Below are positions 12,771 to 26,666 of a DNA stretch of 64,000 nt, piece by piece. The stretch lies in NCBI RefSeq assembly GCF_006345805.1, contig NC_043014.1, positions 32,674,001 to 32,738,000 of the forward strand, given 5' to 3'. Below the pieces are notes generated by a model that saw only the letters and a list, made by a program, of their open reading frames with translations, was not told the origin of the DNA and did not search any database. Made by a program: the position numbers and the translations under genes. Position 1 is the first letter of the stretch; every line of letters starts with the position of its first letter. The stretch is from Octopus sinensis. Taxonomy: Eukaryota.

Positions 12771-13134
12771 AGTTAAGTTAAGTTAATTTTTTTGGCTCAA
12801 AAAGCAAAAAGCAAAGCCATGTAGGAGGACATAGAGTTATGTACAGGGAGGGTGTTTATGCAAAGAGTTCAGGCCATTTCTGGTCAAGAGAGACTTTGAA
12901 CCCAGCGGTCATCGGCATCTTCCCTATCTCGTCCGGCAGCTTATTCCACAGATCCGCAACCCAGATGGAGAAAGCCCCTCTCCTTCGATTGAGATGAAAT
13001 CGTCGCAGATAGAGCTTTACGGAGTGACCCCGCAGCCGACGCTCTGGAGCAGGGGTGAAGAACAGCTTTTTCGAGAGGTTACACTTTCCGCTTATGATGT
13101 TGTGAGCGAGAATGAGATCACCACGGCGGCGTCG
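12771..13134 (-). mobile_element. 5'-truncated CR1-type LINE 3' end
   Basis: Open 92-codon frame 13134-12856: RRRRGDLILAHNIISG...RRLRGHSVKL...FSIWVADLWNKLP...FKVSLD...FA*; short 3' UTR ending in (TTAAC)n. Confidence 0.9.
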
Positions 13135-13151
13135 TGTATATATATATATAT

Positions 13152-13356
13152 AGGTGCAGGCGTGGCTGTTTGGTAAGAATCTTACTTCCCAAGCACATGG
13201 TTCTGATTAGCACGTTAGGCAACTGTACCTTCAAGCTGGCCAAAGCCTTGTGAGTGGATTTGGTAGACAGAAACTGAAAGAAGCCTGTCATATATATATA
13301 TATTTTTTTTTTTTTTCTAGTTTCAGCTCAGAGCTGCGGGCATGCTGATGCACCGC

Positions 13357-13404
<48 letters not shown>

Positions 13405-13615
13405 GGTGGAGAAGTTTTCAGGTCTGTGTTTGTCTCCCACCACTGCTTGAAAGTTGGTGTTGGTATGTTTACATCTCCGTAACTTAGCGGTTCAGCAAAA
13501 GATTCTGAGAGAGTAAATATCAGGCTTAAAAAATAAAGGTCCTGGGGTCAAATTGCTCAACTAAAACCCAGCATGGTGGTAGCTAAATGACTGAAACAAG
13601 ACAAAAGATAAAAGA
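13152..13615 (+). mobile_element. SINE family A
   Basis: Homologous head, internal (TA)n and tail. Confidence 0.8.
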
Positions 13616-13673
13616 TGTGTGTGTGTGTGTGTGTGTGTGCATGTGTGTGTAAAGATATATATATATATATACA

Positions 13674-14088
13674 CTTTTACTCTTTACTTTTTTACTTGTT
13701 TCAGTCATTTGTCTGTGGCCACGCTGGAGCACCGCCTTCAGTCGAGCAAATCAACCCCAAGACTTATTCTTTGTAAGCCTAGTACTTATTCTATTGGTCT
13801 CTTTTGCCGAACCACTAAGTTAAGGGGATGTAAACACATCAGCATCGGTTGTCAAGCGATGTTGCGGGGACAAATACAGACACACAAACATACACATACA
13901 CACACATATATATATACATATATAATACGGGCTTCTTTCAGTTTCCGTCTACCAAATCCACTCACAAGGCTTTGATTGGTCCGAGGCTATTGTAGAAGAC
14001 ACTAGCACAACGTGCCACGCAGTGGGACTGAACCCGGAACCATGTGGTTTATAAACAAGCTACTTACCATACAGCCACTCCTACGCCT
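13674..14088 (-). mobile_element. SINE family A
   Basis: Full-length reverse copy with TAAAAGAG-type tail. Confidence 0.88.
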
Positions 14089-14562
14089 ATATATCTATTT
14101 AAATATATGCTTCTGTGTAAATATATACATACATACATACATATCTTTATAAATATACATGTTTGTGTAAATATATATACATATACACCCCCCACATCTA
14201 ATCTATCCTCCATAATGAGCCACTGCTACGTCTCTCGCCTTACACTTTCTCCATGCTATTTCCCATCAACCACACTTCATCTTTACTCGCTACATTCACC
14301 TCCATTCCCCTCTCAATCCATTTATTACTCTCTCCTCACCCTCTTATGAAACTGCCCCTTCAATCCACTGATTGTACATTCTCTTATGCTCACCTTCTTG
14401 AGCCTTGAGAGTTTGCTGTGGCACCACATTACTACAATCTTTGTCTTCTTCCCAGCTATTACAACTACCCCTTATGCATCGCCTCCATGACAAGACATCT
14501 GTCGTTGTTCCTCTATCATAAATTAGCCTCTCAGCACCTAGCATGTAGCCACCTCCACCGCC

Positions 14563-14784
14563 TTAACCCTTTCATTACCAACCTGGCTGTAACCGGCTCT
14601 GGCTCTGTAGTACAAATGTCTAGTTTTCATAAGTTTTGAATTGAAATCTTCCTTAGTCACAATTAATGTTCCTAACACTAGCTGAATGTTAACTAAGTTA
14701 TTTTACTAAATCCTTTGTTAGATGTTAAATTAATTGAAGGAAACATGGAGGATCTCAAAATAAATACAGTAACGAAAGGATTAA
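14563..14784. mobile_element. piggyBac-like MITE, second family
   Basis: TTAA-CCCTTTCATTAC ... GTAACGAAAGGA-TTAA inverted termini with TTAA on both sides. Confidence 0.72.
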
Positions 14785-15127
14785 AACCCACATACACATG
14801 GGGTTTTTTCTCTTTTCTTTATCAGCCTTGCCAGTTACATAGTGACCTCAATAGTACTGTCACACAAAAAGCACCTTGCATGCATTGTCAGGTGGTTGGC
14901 ATTAGGAAGACCATCAGGCTATAGATAACATGCCAAAGCTAAAGCAGGAACTTGGTGCAGTCCTGCAACTCAGCAGATGTTGCTAAACCACCCAACCCAT
15001 GCTCGCATGGAAAATAGATATTAGATGATAATGGTACATGACACCCTTGCTATATCTTCAGATTATAAAGGGACATCCCAACTTCATGTTTCTTTTTCAG
15101 TTTTATGATTTACTGACAATATATATA

Positions 15128-15747
15128 CCCGGCAAGCCAAGTGAGACCATAACCTCATGGACTGTGCCAGGGGTGTAACCAGCCCACTTAAGCATACCAT
15201 TCCTTCATTGGACACTAAACTCTGCTTGCGAAGAGCTGTTGAGGCAAGTGAAATTGAAATCGAAATCAAATAAGATGACTGGCATCCATGCTAGTGGAAC
15301 ACTAAGAGCACCATCCAAGCATGATCGTTGCCAAAGTAGCTAACTGGCTTCCATACCAGTGGCACGTAAAAAGCACCATTCGAGTGTGATCGTTACCAGC
15401 GTTGCCTTACTAGCACTTCTACCAGTAACATGCAAAAAAGCATTCGAGCGAGGTCGTTGCCAGTGCCACTGGACTGAATCCTGTGCAGGTGGCACGTAAA
15501 AAACACCGTTTGAGCATAGCGGTTGCCAGTACCACCTGACTGGCCCTCGTGTCGGTGGCACGTAAAAGCACCCATTAAACTCTCAGAGTGGTAGGTGTCA
15601 TGAAGAGCATACAGCTGTAAAAACTCTGCCAGATCAGATTGGAGCCTGGTGCAGCCATCTGGTTCGCCAGTCCTCAGTCAAATCGTCCAGCCCATGCCAG
15701 CATGGAAAGCGGACATTAATCGATGATGATGATGATGATGATGATGA
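15128..15747 (+). mobile_element. short retroposon, working family E, (GAT)n tail and internal VNTR
   Basis: Repeated GGCACGTAAAAAGCACC units, then ...CCCATGCCAGCATGGAAAGCGGAC...(GAT)n; homologues at ~26810-27038, 42290-42540, 47930-48165, 59170-59530, 62150-62427, 62970-63141 and reverse fragments. Confidence 0.8.
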
Positions 15748-16321
15748 TATGTTTAAATACAAACACATACACATGTTTCTTCACTGAGTAGCAACTAAAT
15801 GTATGTGTGTGTATATACACACACATACACACAAACACACACATACACAGATATATAGACACATACATTCATACACACATGTTTGTACGCAGTGTAGTAA
15901 CTAAGGGATGCATCAGATTTGGAGCATTTTTGTATTTACATTTGCCAAAGCAAACCATCAATACTTTGCTTCTGACATGTCAGATTCTACTGACATATAC
16001 AACAATATATATATACATATATACATACATATATATATATATGTGCATGTGTGTGTGTGTGTGTGTGCGTGTGTGTGTGTGTGTTTGGGAGTGTTATGTG
16101 TGCTATTTGAAAGAGTTTGTACAGGAGCTAATTAGATGACTATCAAACCATTTAGTGTCAAGTTAAGATATTTATTGAACATAATCTGCAACATATCACT
16201 GTGGTATTTTGGTCAATGTCAGACCTCGTTAAGCAGTTGAAAATAATATTTTGATCCACTTAAGAAGATCTAAGTTTAACAGAAATACTATTATAATGTG
16301 TCACAAATTACTTATTATACA

Positions 16322-16363
<42 letters not shown>

Positions 16364-17329
16364 CTTGTATAAATATACAAATACATTATTAATGAAAATA
16401 TTAGTGGCTGTCCAAAACCCACATACACACATATATACACATACATATACATAATGTATATATATATGTATAATATATATATACACATATGTATATATAT
16501 GTGTGTGTGTGTGTGTGTGTGCACATATACATATATACTTACATATACATATATACGTACATATGTGTATGCATGAGCGCATCTGTGTGTATGTATCTAT
16601 AATTGTTGTCTTCATCATCATTTAATGTCTATTTTCCATTCAGGAATGTGATGAACTATATACATATATGTATCTATGTATGCATGTATGCAAGTATGCA
16701 AGTACGTACATATTTATACATGTATATATGTATTTATGCATGTATGCAAGTACGTACGTATGTATGTATGCATGTATGTATGCATGTATGTATGTATGTA
16801 TGCATAATCGTCGTCTTCATCATTATTTTATATGTTTTGTATGCTGGTATGGATTGAACTGTTTGACAAGAACTGATGAACCAGGGGAACTGTGTTGACG
16901 TACAGTGTCTTCTTTCACTCACACAAATGTGACTGGATGGCCTTCCTAACACTAACTAAATTACAAAGAGCTGTGAGTGGTTTTTAGTAGCACCAGCACT
17001 AGTGAGGTTACCTAGAAACTCACAAAACAAGAACTCTTAACTGAATGGGTGGGGGTGTAATATTGAGGCAAGTGGCTTTTATGAAAAGTTAAATTATGAC
17101 AGCAGGACAACATATATATAATTATAATTACACACACATATACACATAATAGTGTGTGTGAGTGTGTGTGTAAACTTGGAACCTAATGGATAACCAATTA
17201 TAGTTCTTAGCTTACCTATTCATTTTGATCACCAGTGAACTAAACCCCTCATATTCTTTGTCATTGCCCTTCAGAGCACTTAATATCAATTTCACTCAAT
17301 ATGGACAAACAATATCTTGGCATATCATT

Positions 17330-17832
17330 CAAGGACATACCCATTCCATCTCAAAAAATTTTCCCCTACTTTTACTTAGTAAAACAAATGAATTTATCAG
17401 GATGAAATGGAGGGCCTTCTTCCATGATAATAGACACAAACTCAATGATAGTAACATCAATAAATATAGCCTTATATCCTTCAAAAATCCTCCTCACAAC
17501 CCTCAGCCGGATAAATTCAACCTTAATATGATTAAGAACTTAAAATTCTCTAAATGTAAATCTTCATTCCAAAAACAGCTTTTGAGAACAATCAAATGGA
17601 ATACTTCATCACCCAAAATGCACATCTCTGATAAAACTGAAAATATATATTCACTTACTATTGAGGAATACATTGGCTTTATTAGAAATAGATGTAATTC
17701 TAACTGCCAGAAAGACACTCAGCTCCTTTGATGATAAGCTTTGGTGCTGAGCTACTCTCAATAATAATAGTAGCAATTTCTTTGATATAACCATGGGCTC
17801 CTCTGATTCCTCTCAGGTGACAGATCTGGTCA
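17330..17832 (+). mobile_element. Penelope-like retroelement RT relic (Naiad-like motifs), internally deleted
   Basis: EFIRMKWRAFF...KNPP...FQKQL...SDKTENIY in ORF 17225..17731, then FFDITMGSSDSSQVTDLV. Confidence 0.78.
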
Positions 17833-17837
17833 GACAG

Positions 17838-17868
<31 letters not shown>

Positions 17869-18237
17869 TGTATGTATGTATGTATGTATGTATAATCGTT
17901 GTCTTCATCATTATTTTATATCTATTTTGTATGCTGGCATTAGTTGAACTGTTTGACAAGAACTGATGAACCAAGGGACTGTGTTGATGTCCCCCGTGTA
18001 GTGGATGCTTTTTATGTGCTACCAGCATGGGTGCCCGTTACGTGACACTGGCATCGGCTATGACTACAATTTCAAGTGACTTGATGGGTCTTCTCAAGCA
18101 CAACATATTTCCCAATATTTCAAGGGTGATTTTTACATGCCAGTTACATGACACTGGCTTCAGCCATGACTACGATATATATATATATTTGTGTGTGTGT
18201 GAGTGTGTGTGTGTGTTGTGTGTGTGTGTGTGTGTGT

Positions 18238-18645
18238 GCAGGAGTGGCTGTGTGGTAAGTAACTTGCTTACCAACCACATGGTTCCAGGCTCAGTCCCAC
18301 AGTGTGGCCCCTTGGGCAAGTGTCTTCTACTATAGCCTTAGGCCGACCAAAGCCTTATGAGTGGATTTGGTAGATGGAAACTAAAAGAAGCCTGTCGTAT
18401 ATTTTTATATGTATATATATATGTGTGTGTGCGTGTGTGTTTGTGTCTGTGTTTGTCCCCACAACATCACTTGACAACCGATGCTGGTGTGTTTATGTCC
18501 CCGTAACTTAGCAGTTTGACAAAAGAGACTGATAGGATAAGTACTAGGCTTACAAAGAATAAATCCTGGGGTCGATTTGCTCAACTAAAAGCGGTGCTCC
18601 AGCATAGGCATAGTTAAATGACTGAAACAAGTAAAAGAGTAAAGA
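18238..18645 (+). mobile_element. SINE family A
   Basis: Full-length homologous copy. Confidence 0.88.
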
Positions 18646-18849
18646 AATATATGTATATGGCAGTGCCCCAGCATGGCCACAGCTCATGGGCTGAAACTAG
18701 ATAAAATATAAAAATATAAAATATATAGTACAAAGTAAGATAGGGGCTATGAATGTAACCCACTATGGGATATCAGTTATCCAATATACTGCTGGTAAAG
18801 TACCCAAATACTAAATACATAAATGCTTATATATATATGTATATATATA

Positions 18850-18916
<67 letters not shown>

Positions 18917-19687
18917 AAGTCAATCAGACAGACAGACAGAAACGTGGGAGACAGATTTATACAGATTGATACACATAAACTGGTAACTGGAAAATAACTT
19001 ACTAAACTACTTTAGTGTATTATCGTTAGTACTTCTAAACAAGCATCCATGTGATATGTATTTAACATTTGAGTAATTCACTCTGTAAAAAAAATGTAAT
19101 AAAATTTATTCTTTCATGAATTGACATGAATTCAGTTAAAAGTCTTTTGAAAAGTAATAAAAATCAACACTGGATTTAATGGAAGTCTAATAAACAGAAA
19201 TTTGTAGAGGTAAAATACACGCCATACTTTTCTGGAATTAAATTCATTATAAAGTTTCTTAGATAATTCCTAAAAAGTTGTTTGCTGTGAACTTTTTTCT
19301 TCAGCTAATCATAACTATGCACAAATTGTTAGATGTGTGTAGATGTATGAATGACTGGCCATTAGAATACTTCTGAATGAAACATTATTAGGAATTCAGA
19401 AATGAATATTTTTATAGGTGCAGGTATGACAGAGCGGTTAGAAGTTTGCTTCCTGATCGCAAAGTTCAGAGTTCAGGTCTTATGCACAATCGATCCTGCA
19501 CAATCGACCGTGGCAGAATTTAAATTCAGAACATAACAACAGATAAAATGCCACTAAACATTTTGCCCAGCATGCTAACAGTTCTGCCAGCCTACCATCA
19601 CTGTAATATAACAACAACAACAACAACAACAACAATAACAATAATAATAATAATAATAATAACAATAATAATAATAGTAATATAATA

Positions 19688-19719
<32 letters not shown>

Positions 19720-19736
19720 TAATAATAATAATAATT

Positions 19737-20195
19737 GCTACAGCAAATATTCTGCTCAATAACATAGATTTGCTTGTCATTTGTTTGACCTTAACCAGTT
19801 GAGCATGTCCCTTGGTGGCTGACGATATGTACATCTCTGGTCATGAGCAGTAGTAGTGGGGGAGCATCCTAGCCATGTGTTGAGAGGAATTCTATGGAGT
19901 TTGAATAATTCACCTCTGGAAACATGGGTGTTTCATTCAACATCTTTAAACCACCCTTATTCAAGGACCATTTGAGTGGGATGGGCTACTTGACCTGAAG
20001 AAAATTCTAACTGAGCCCCCCACCTGCAAGGTCAAGCACTATTTATCTTCATATGAGATCACCATGTTGTGCACATATGGTTGTGATGCATGTGCCTGGT
20101 GTACTCTTATCAAATGGGTAGTCATGATGAGTATATTAGGCTTAATATATTTGTACCCCAGCATCACTTTGATGGCATGCTCTGCTCTCTCACTC
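19737..20195 (+). mobile_element. working family F element, truncated copy inside (AAT)n
   Basis: Reverse complement of 30778-31332 lacking ~100 bp at one end; (AAT)n on both sides. Confidence 0.85.
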
Positions 20196-20254
<59 letters not shown>

Positions 20255-21173
20255 GGATAATAATAATAATAATATGACAGAGTTGACCAATATCGACATT
20301 GGATAATGTGTCAGCATTATAAAAACAACTGCAAAGTTGATCATGACAAGATTTGAACACAGAATAAAGTGTCATGGAAAAATCCTGCAAAGTAGTTCTT
20401 TCAATGCTCTAATGATTCTGCCCATCCTCTACCACCACCACTAACAACAACAACAACAACAGCAACAACTACAGCAACAACAAAAGTAGTTGCAAGAAAA
20501 CATAAAGCTTTTAGCATGTAGATTTAAATATCTTTTCTGTGCTTGCAAAAATAGGGAAAACAGTAAATAACAAATGAACTGAAGACCAATTAACAAAGTA
20601 GTTCCACTACAATATCTTAACATAAATGAATTATTACATTCATTATTGCTACTCCCACCACTACCACCTATGCCACCACCAGTACTACCACATACACAGG
20701 GAATGTTTTATCTCCTGCTTTCACACACAACATACCTCATTCCCCATCTTCATGTTTTGATTTAAGTAGAAGGCACGGGTTGAGAAAGTTCTTTTGTCAA
20801 CTAAATCAGTTAAATTAACTTACTGTCCTGTAAGCCACTTTGAAAACACCTTATCTCACAGATTAAATTTTATTTTGTTCAGTTTACAAAACCATACATC
20901 TATGCAAACACATACGTATCTACATACATGCATTCGTGTATACACACTTTTGTATGTATGTACATACATATACACTTTTACATACGAAAACACACATATA
21001 AAAACTATATAGTTATACTTGTAAGTACATGAGTATATATCTATATCTTTATATACACTCACTCCATTCCCTTACATAAACATATGTGTACATGTTTGTG
21101 TGAGCAAGTGTGGTAAGCTGTATACATGTCTTCCACTCTCTCTCTCACTCTCTTTCTCTAAATATATATATAA

Positions 21174-21215
<42 letters not shown>

Positions 21216-21248
21216 TTTCTCTCTGCATATATATGTATGTTTGTATGG

Positions 21249-21306
<58 letters not shown>

Positions 21307-21908
21307 TGCACACACATATATATATATAAGTATATATGATGTGTGTATGTGTCTATATATAAATATATATATGTATTTATATATATATATAGTTAATATA
21401 TATATATTTATATACATGTATATATATATAAGTAATATATATACATATATATATATGTAATATATATGTGTGTGTCTATAATATATGTATATAATATACA
21501 TGTGTGTGTATGTCTGTGCATATGTGTAAAATTTGTGTGTGTGTACATTATATATCTATATGTACAAACATACACACTCATACACAAACACACATATCTT
21601 CATATGAACATTGCTAAATGTACGTATGCGTGAATAATTGAGCATGTTAATGACTATGTGTGTCTGCATATGTTTGAATTCCCAGAATGCAGTGTTTCCT
21701 CATTGATATGCAAGAACATTTATTACCATCCATAATTGGATTTTGTCTTTTCGATTTGCTTCGAGAATATTCTTGATGCTTCAGCTTAAATCTACAAACA
21801 CCAAACAATACAAATATTTGAAATGTGTATATGTGTATGTATGTATGTAGATGTGTGTGTGTGTGTGTATGTGTGTATAAAAATACATACATATATACAT
21901 ACACACAT

Positions 21909-21945
<37 letters not shown>

Positions 21946-22269
21946 GTATATACATACACACATATATATCATCATCTTCATCATTTAATGTCCAATGTTC
22001 CATATGTGCATAGTTTGGATGCCGTTTATTTGAGGTAGAGTTTCTATGGCTTGATGCCCTTCCTGTTGCCAACCCACAATTGTTTCCAAGTAAGGTAATA
22101 TTTATTCAGGCAAGTTCTTACCAATATTGGAAACGAATGACACTGCTTGTGTGACGGTGATGCTCATTTACAACTATCATGCAATGACAAGACAAGGAAA
22201 CACAAGCACATACTCACACACATACGTTTACACACACTCACACACGCATTCACATACATATACATATTT

Positions 22270-23095
22270 ACCGATGTTTTAACATCATCTCCTTCAAAAT
22301 AGTCACCTTGCACGGCAATACACTGGCCCCAGCATTCCTGCCACTTTTGGAATCTAAACTGGAAGTCGTTTTCCATGAGTTGAGGACCTTCTGTGTTCAC
22401 TCTGGATCTCGACAATGGAATTAAATCGGTGACCTTTGAGCTGCATTTTTATCTTGGGGAAGAGATGGAAGTCCACAGGTGCTAAATCTGGGGAATAAAG
22501 TAGGTGCAGATGCGATACTATGTTGGTTTTGGCTAGAAACTCATGAGTGAGGAGCTTAGTAAGAATCCAGTTCTTCATGCTCCACAAACCTGGCTGTTTT
22601 TACCGAATGTCCTCCCTCAAACACTTCAAAATGTCACAGTAGAACTCTCAATTGATGGTCTAGCCCTGGGGGGAAGAATTCTCTATGCACAATACCACAT
22701 TTCTGAGGGTGACCTTTGTGGCAGGTCTTCCAGGTCGCTCATTGTCTTCCAGGGACATTCTTCCATTCTTAAAGCGCCCATGCCACTCAAAGGATTGTGT
22801 ATGACCTATTGCCTCATCTCCATAGGCTTGCTGTCTCTGTAGCAGACTGCCCAAGTTTAATACAAAATTTCACGCTGACTCTTTGTTCCAAAATCCTTTC
22901 CATAACAAGATCACAGACTACAGCATACACATGACCATAAAAACACAAATTTCAAAACTTGCAAAGTAAACACAATGATGTCACTCAGCACTCTGCATCA
23001 TGAAGATCACTGCTAGCTCTCACTGCGCACACAACCATGTGCTGTTATCTGTTAGCATGCTACAGACTTAGTCCAAGAACTTTGTGATATCAACT
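22270..23095 (-). mobile_element. degenerate mariner transposon
   Basis: QQAYGDEAIGHTQSFEWHGRFKNGRMSLEDNERPGRP (HTH region), YSPDLAPVDFHLFPKIK, and C-term WGQCIAVQGDYFEGD. Confidence 0.88.
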
Positions 23096-23624
23096 TTTGT
23101 GGATAAATGTAAGACAGTATTTACATTTTTATTAAAATATGCAACTGGTTTCAATAACTTTGAAAAGACAATTTAGTCATGCTGAAATAAAAGGAAAAAT
23201 AAATTGAATCAAATTAAACTAAACTAATCTTTCATATCAATTCTGTTAGTTCATATGTGTGTCTCGCCCAGTAGATTCCTGTAAATTCATAATTCTTCTT
23301 TGTTATTTTTTATTTATTTTTTTAATTCATTTTTAGAGATTTAGTTACCCTGCTTGCAAATTGCCTACATTATATTTTTGCCTTGAGCCAATGCTCTTTT
23401 TGGATAATCTTTAATGAAATATATTTTAAATATGCAGGTACTTATTTTATCAGCCCTGAAAGGATGAAAGGCAAAGTCAACCACAGTGGAATTTGAACTC
23501 AGAGCATAAAGATGGACAAAATGCTGCTAACCATTTTTCCCAGCATGCTAACAATTCTCCCAGCTTAAAAACAGCAGTCATAATAACAATCACAACAACA
23601 ATAACCATAGCAGAAACATAACAA

Positions 23625-23950
23625 GGAGCACTCCATCGGTTATGACGATGAGGGTCCCAGCTGATACGATCAATGGAACAGCCTGCTCATGAAATTAACA
23701 TGAAAGTGACAGAGGAATCTACAAACACGTATACCCCTAACATAGTTCTTGGGGAGATTCAGTATGACACAGAATGTGACAAGGTTGGCTCTTTGAAATA
23801 CAGGTACAACTCACATTTGCCAGCTGAGTAGACTGGAGCAATGTGAAAAGAAGTGTCTTGCTCAAGGACACAATGCATCACCGGGAATCGAACTCACGAC
23901 CTTACAATCGTGAGCCGAATGCCTTAACCACTAAGCCATGCACCTTCACA
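23625..23950 (-). mobile_element. tRNA-derived CORE-like SINE, working family D
   Basis: TGGCTTAGTGG A box, GAGTTCGATTCC B box, GTGTCCTTGAGCAAGACAC domain; copies at 43965-44286 and partial 63169-63497. Confidence 0.85.
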
Positions 23951-24127
23951 GAAACATAACAACAACAACTGTAACAAAGTTTATGACAACAACCACAACA
24001 AAAATACTACAATAATAACAACAACAGCAACAAAAATAGGAAAAACAGTGGCAAAAACATAAATAGCAATTGTCCCAGTAACAAAATACAAACAATAACA
24101 ACAACCTCAACAGCAACATCAACAGTA

Positions 24128-24610
24128 GTGGAGGTGCAATGGCCCAGTGGTTAGGGCAGCGGACTCGTGGTCATAAGAACGCAGTTTTGATTCCCAGACC
24201 AGGCATTGTGAGTGTTTATTGAGCAAAAGCACCTAAGTTCCACGAGGCTCCTGAAGGGGTGGTGGGAGTGGTGAACCCCACTGTACTCTTTCACCACAAC
24301 TTTCTCTCACTCTTTCTTCCTACTTCTGCCACAAAGCAGAGGAACCATGGTGTAAACCACTATGGTGTGGTAAACTTTCAGACCCTAGTCTAGATTGCGA
24401 ACCCTCTGTACCCCAGGATGGTTCAGCTCTCCACTCATTAAAAAGCTACCATTTACGGAATGAGGATAACAATGTAGCTTTTGCACCCGTGCAACTGCCA
24501 CTCTATGGCATGTGGCGGGTGGATCTTCAAGTTTCCACACGTATTCTTAGTAGCTTAGAGTAGGTTTGAATTAGAGATTATTCTTTGTGGCTAAATGCAT
24601 GAGTCCTGAT
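24128..24610 (+). mobile_element. tRNA-headed SINE related to family C, with an unrelated 3' half ending at a (GAA)n tract
   Basis: TGGCCCAGTGGTTAGGGCAGCGGACTCG head; CACCACAACTTTCTCTCACTCTTT shared with family C. Confidence 0.6.
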
Positions 24611-24611
24611 T

Positions 24612-24993
24612 GGAAGAAGAAGAAGAAGAAGAAGAAGAAGAAGAAGAAGAAGAAGATGATGAAGATGAAGAAGAAGAAGATGATGAAGAAGATGAAGAAG
24701 AAAATGAAGATGAAGAAGATGAAGATGATGAAGAGGAGGAAGAAGATGATGAAGAAGAAGAGGAGGAAGAAGATGATGAGAAGAAGAAGAAGAAGAAGAA
24801 GAAGAGAAGGAGGAGGAGGAGGAGGAGAAGGAAGAGGAAGAAGAAGAGAAGAAGAAGAAGAAGAAGATGATGAAGAAGATGAAGAAGATGAAGAAGATGA
24901 AGATGATGAAGAGGAGGAGGAGAAGAAGAGAAGGAGGAGGAGGAGGAGAAGGAGGAGGAGGAAGAAGAAGAAGAAGAAGAAGAGAAGAAGAAG
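24612..24993 (+). repeat. purine-rich (GAA/GAT/GAG)n microsatellite
   Basis: Directly visible. Confidence 0.95.
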
Positions 24994-25309
24994 ACATCAA
25001 CATTAGCAACAACAACAACAATAACTGCATCTGTTGCAACTGCAGCAATGACAACAACAGTAATAGCTGTTGTGACAACAATAATGAAAAAAAAAAACAA
25101 CAGTTGAAAAAGTAACGAAAGCAACAATGTAAACAACAACAGCAATAATTATGGCTGTAGCACCAACAAAACAGAAATGACAACGGCTAAAACAACAACA
25201 ACAACGATAACTATCTCAGCAACATTGACAAGCAGTTATGCTAATTAAAATTCATTGGCTAAAGAATTTATATGATTGCCTATTAAATTGAGAAAGTACA
25301 TATGTATCA

Positions 25310-25875
<566 letters not shown>

Positions 25876-26073
25876 TCAACTACGTCAAATACAAGAACTC
25901 GATGATAATTATTCCAAAAACATAACTAAACATTTAATATGAAATCTGATGGTAATTTTAAATATAACTTTACACACTCTCTCTCCCTCCTCTTTCTCTT
26001 GGTATACATATATATATGTATGTTCTTTATACATACATGCATACATACATACATACATACATACATACATACA

Positions 26074-26109
<36 letters not shown>

Positions 26110-26557
26110 TACACACACACATTTATGAATGTACATAGCATACAAATATAGAATATAGGAATAAATATTTGCAATTATGTAAGAATATTTCTTTTCTACA
26201 AAAGCTACAGAATACATTAAGTATTTATTTCAATCCATAGCTTGATTTTATTTTCAAGTATCTCTTCATTTTTTGCCATACTGATAGCTTGTTATATTTA
26301 CATACATGCATGCATATATACATGCATGCATACATACATACTTACATACATACTTATATACTTGCATACATAAATACTTGCATACATACACACACATATA
26401 TGCACATATACATATAAAATTAAAAAACAAAATCTGTAAGTCGTTCATTTAACAGAAAACGTGGTTACTCCATATGTATGCATATATATTTATAAGTATA
26501 CATATACATACATACACACACACATATATACAGCAAAACCATCACCCACATCCACTA

Positions 26558-26666
26558 GATTCCTCTGGCCAAATGGTCAACATGGAGTACTTTATGGATG
26601 CTCTAAGGGAGTTCAAGAAGATATTTTATTACAAAAAGCCAGAGCATCTGCAGCAGGACAATGCAC
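26558..26666 (+). mobile_element. mariner catalytic-domain fragment
   Basis: SSGQMVNMEYFMDALREFKKIF..KKPE..QQDNA resembles GxTVNxxYY...HHDNA. Confidence 0.6.

Noticed and set aside
21730-21795. Possible small minus-strand exon (TTTGTAG...ATGGATG|GTAATA)
   Set aside because: Weak donor and no recognisable peptide.
24578-25183. Poly-K/E/D/S ORFs
   Set aside because: Trinucleotide repeat open in most frames on both strands.
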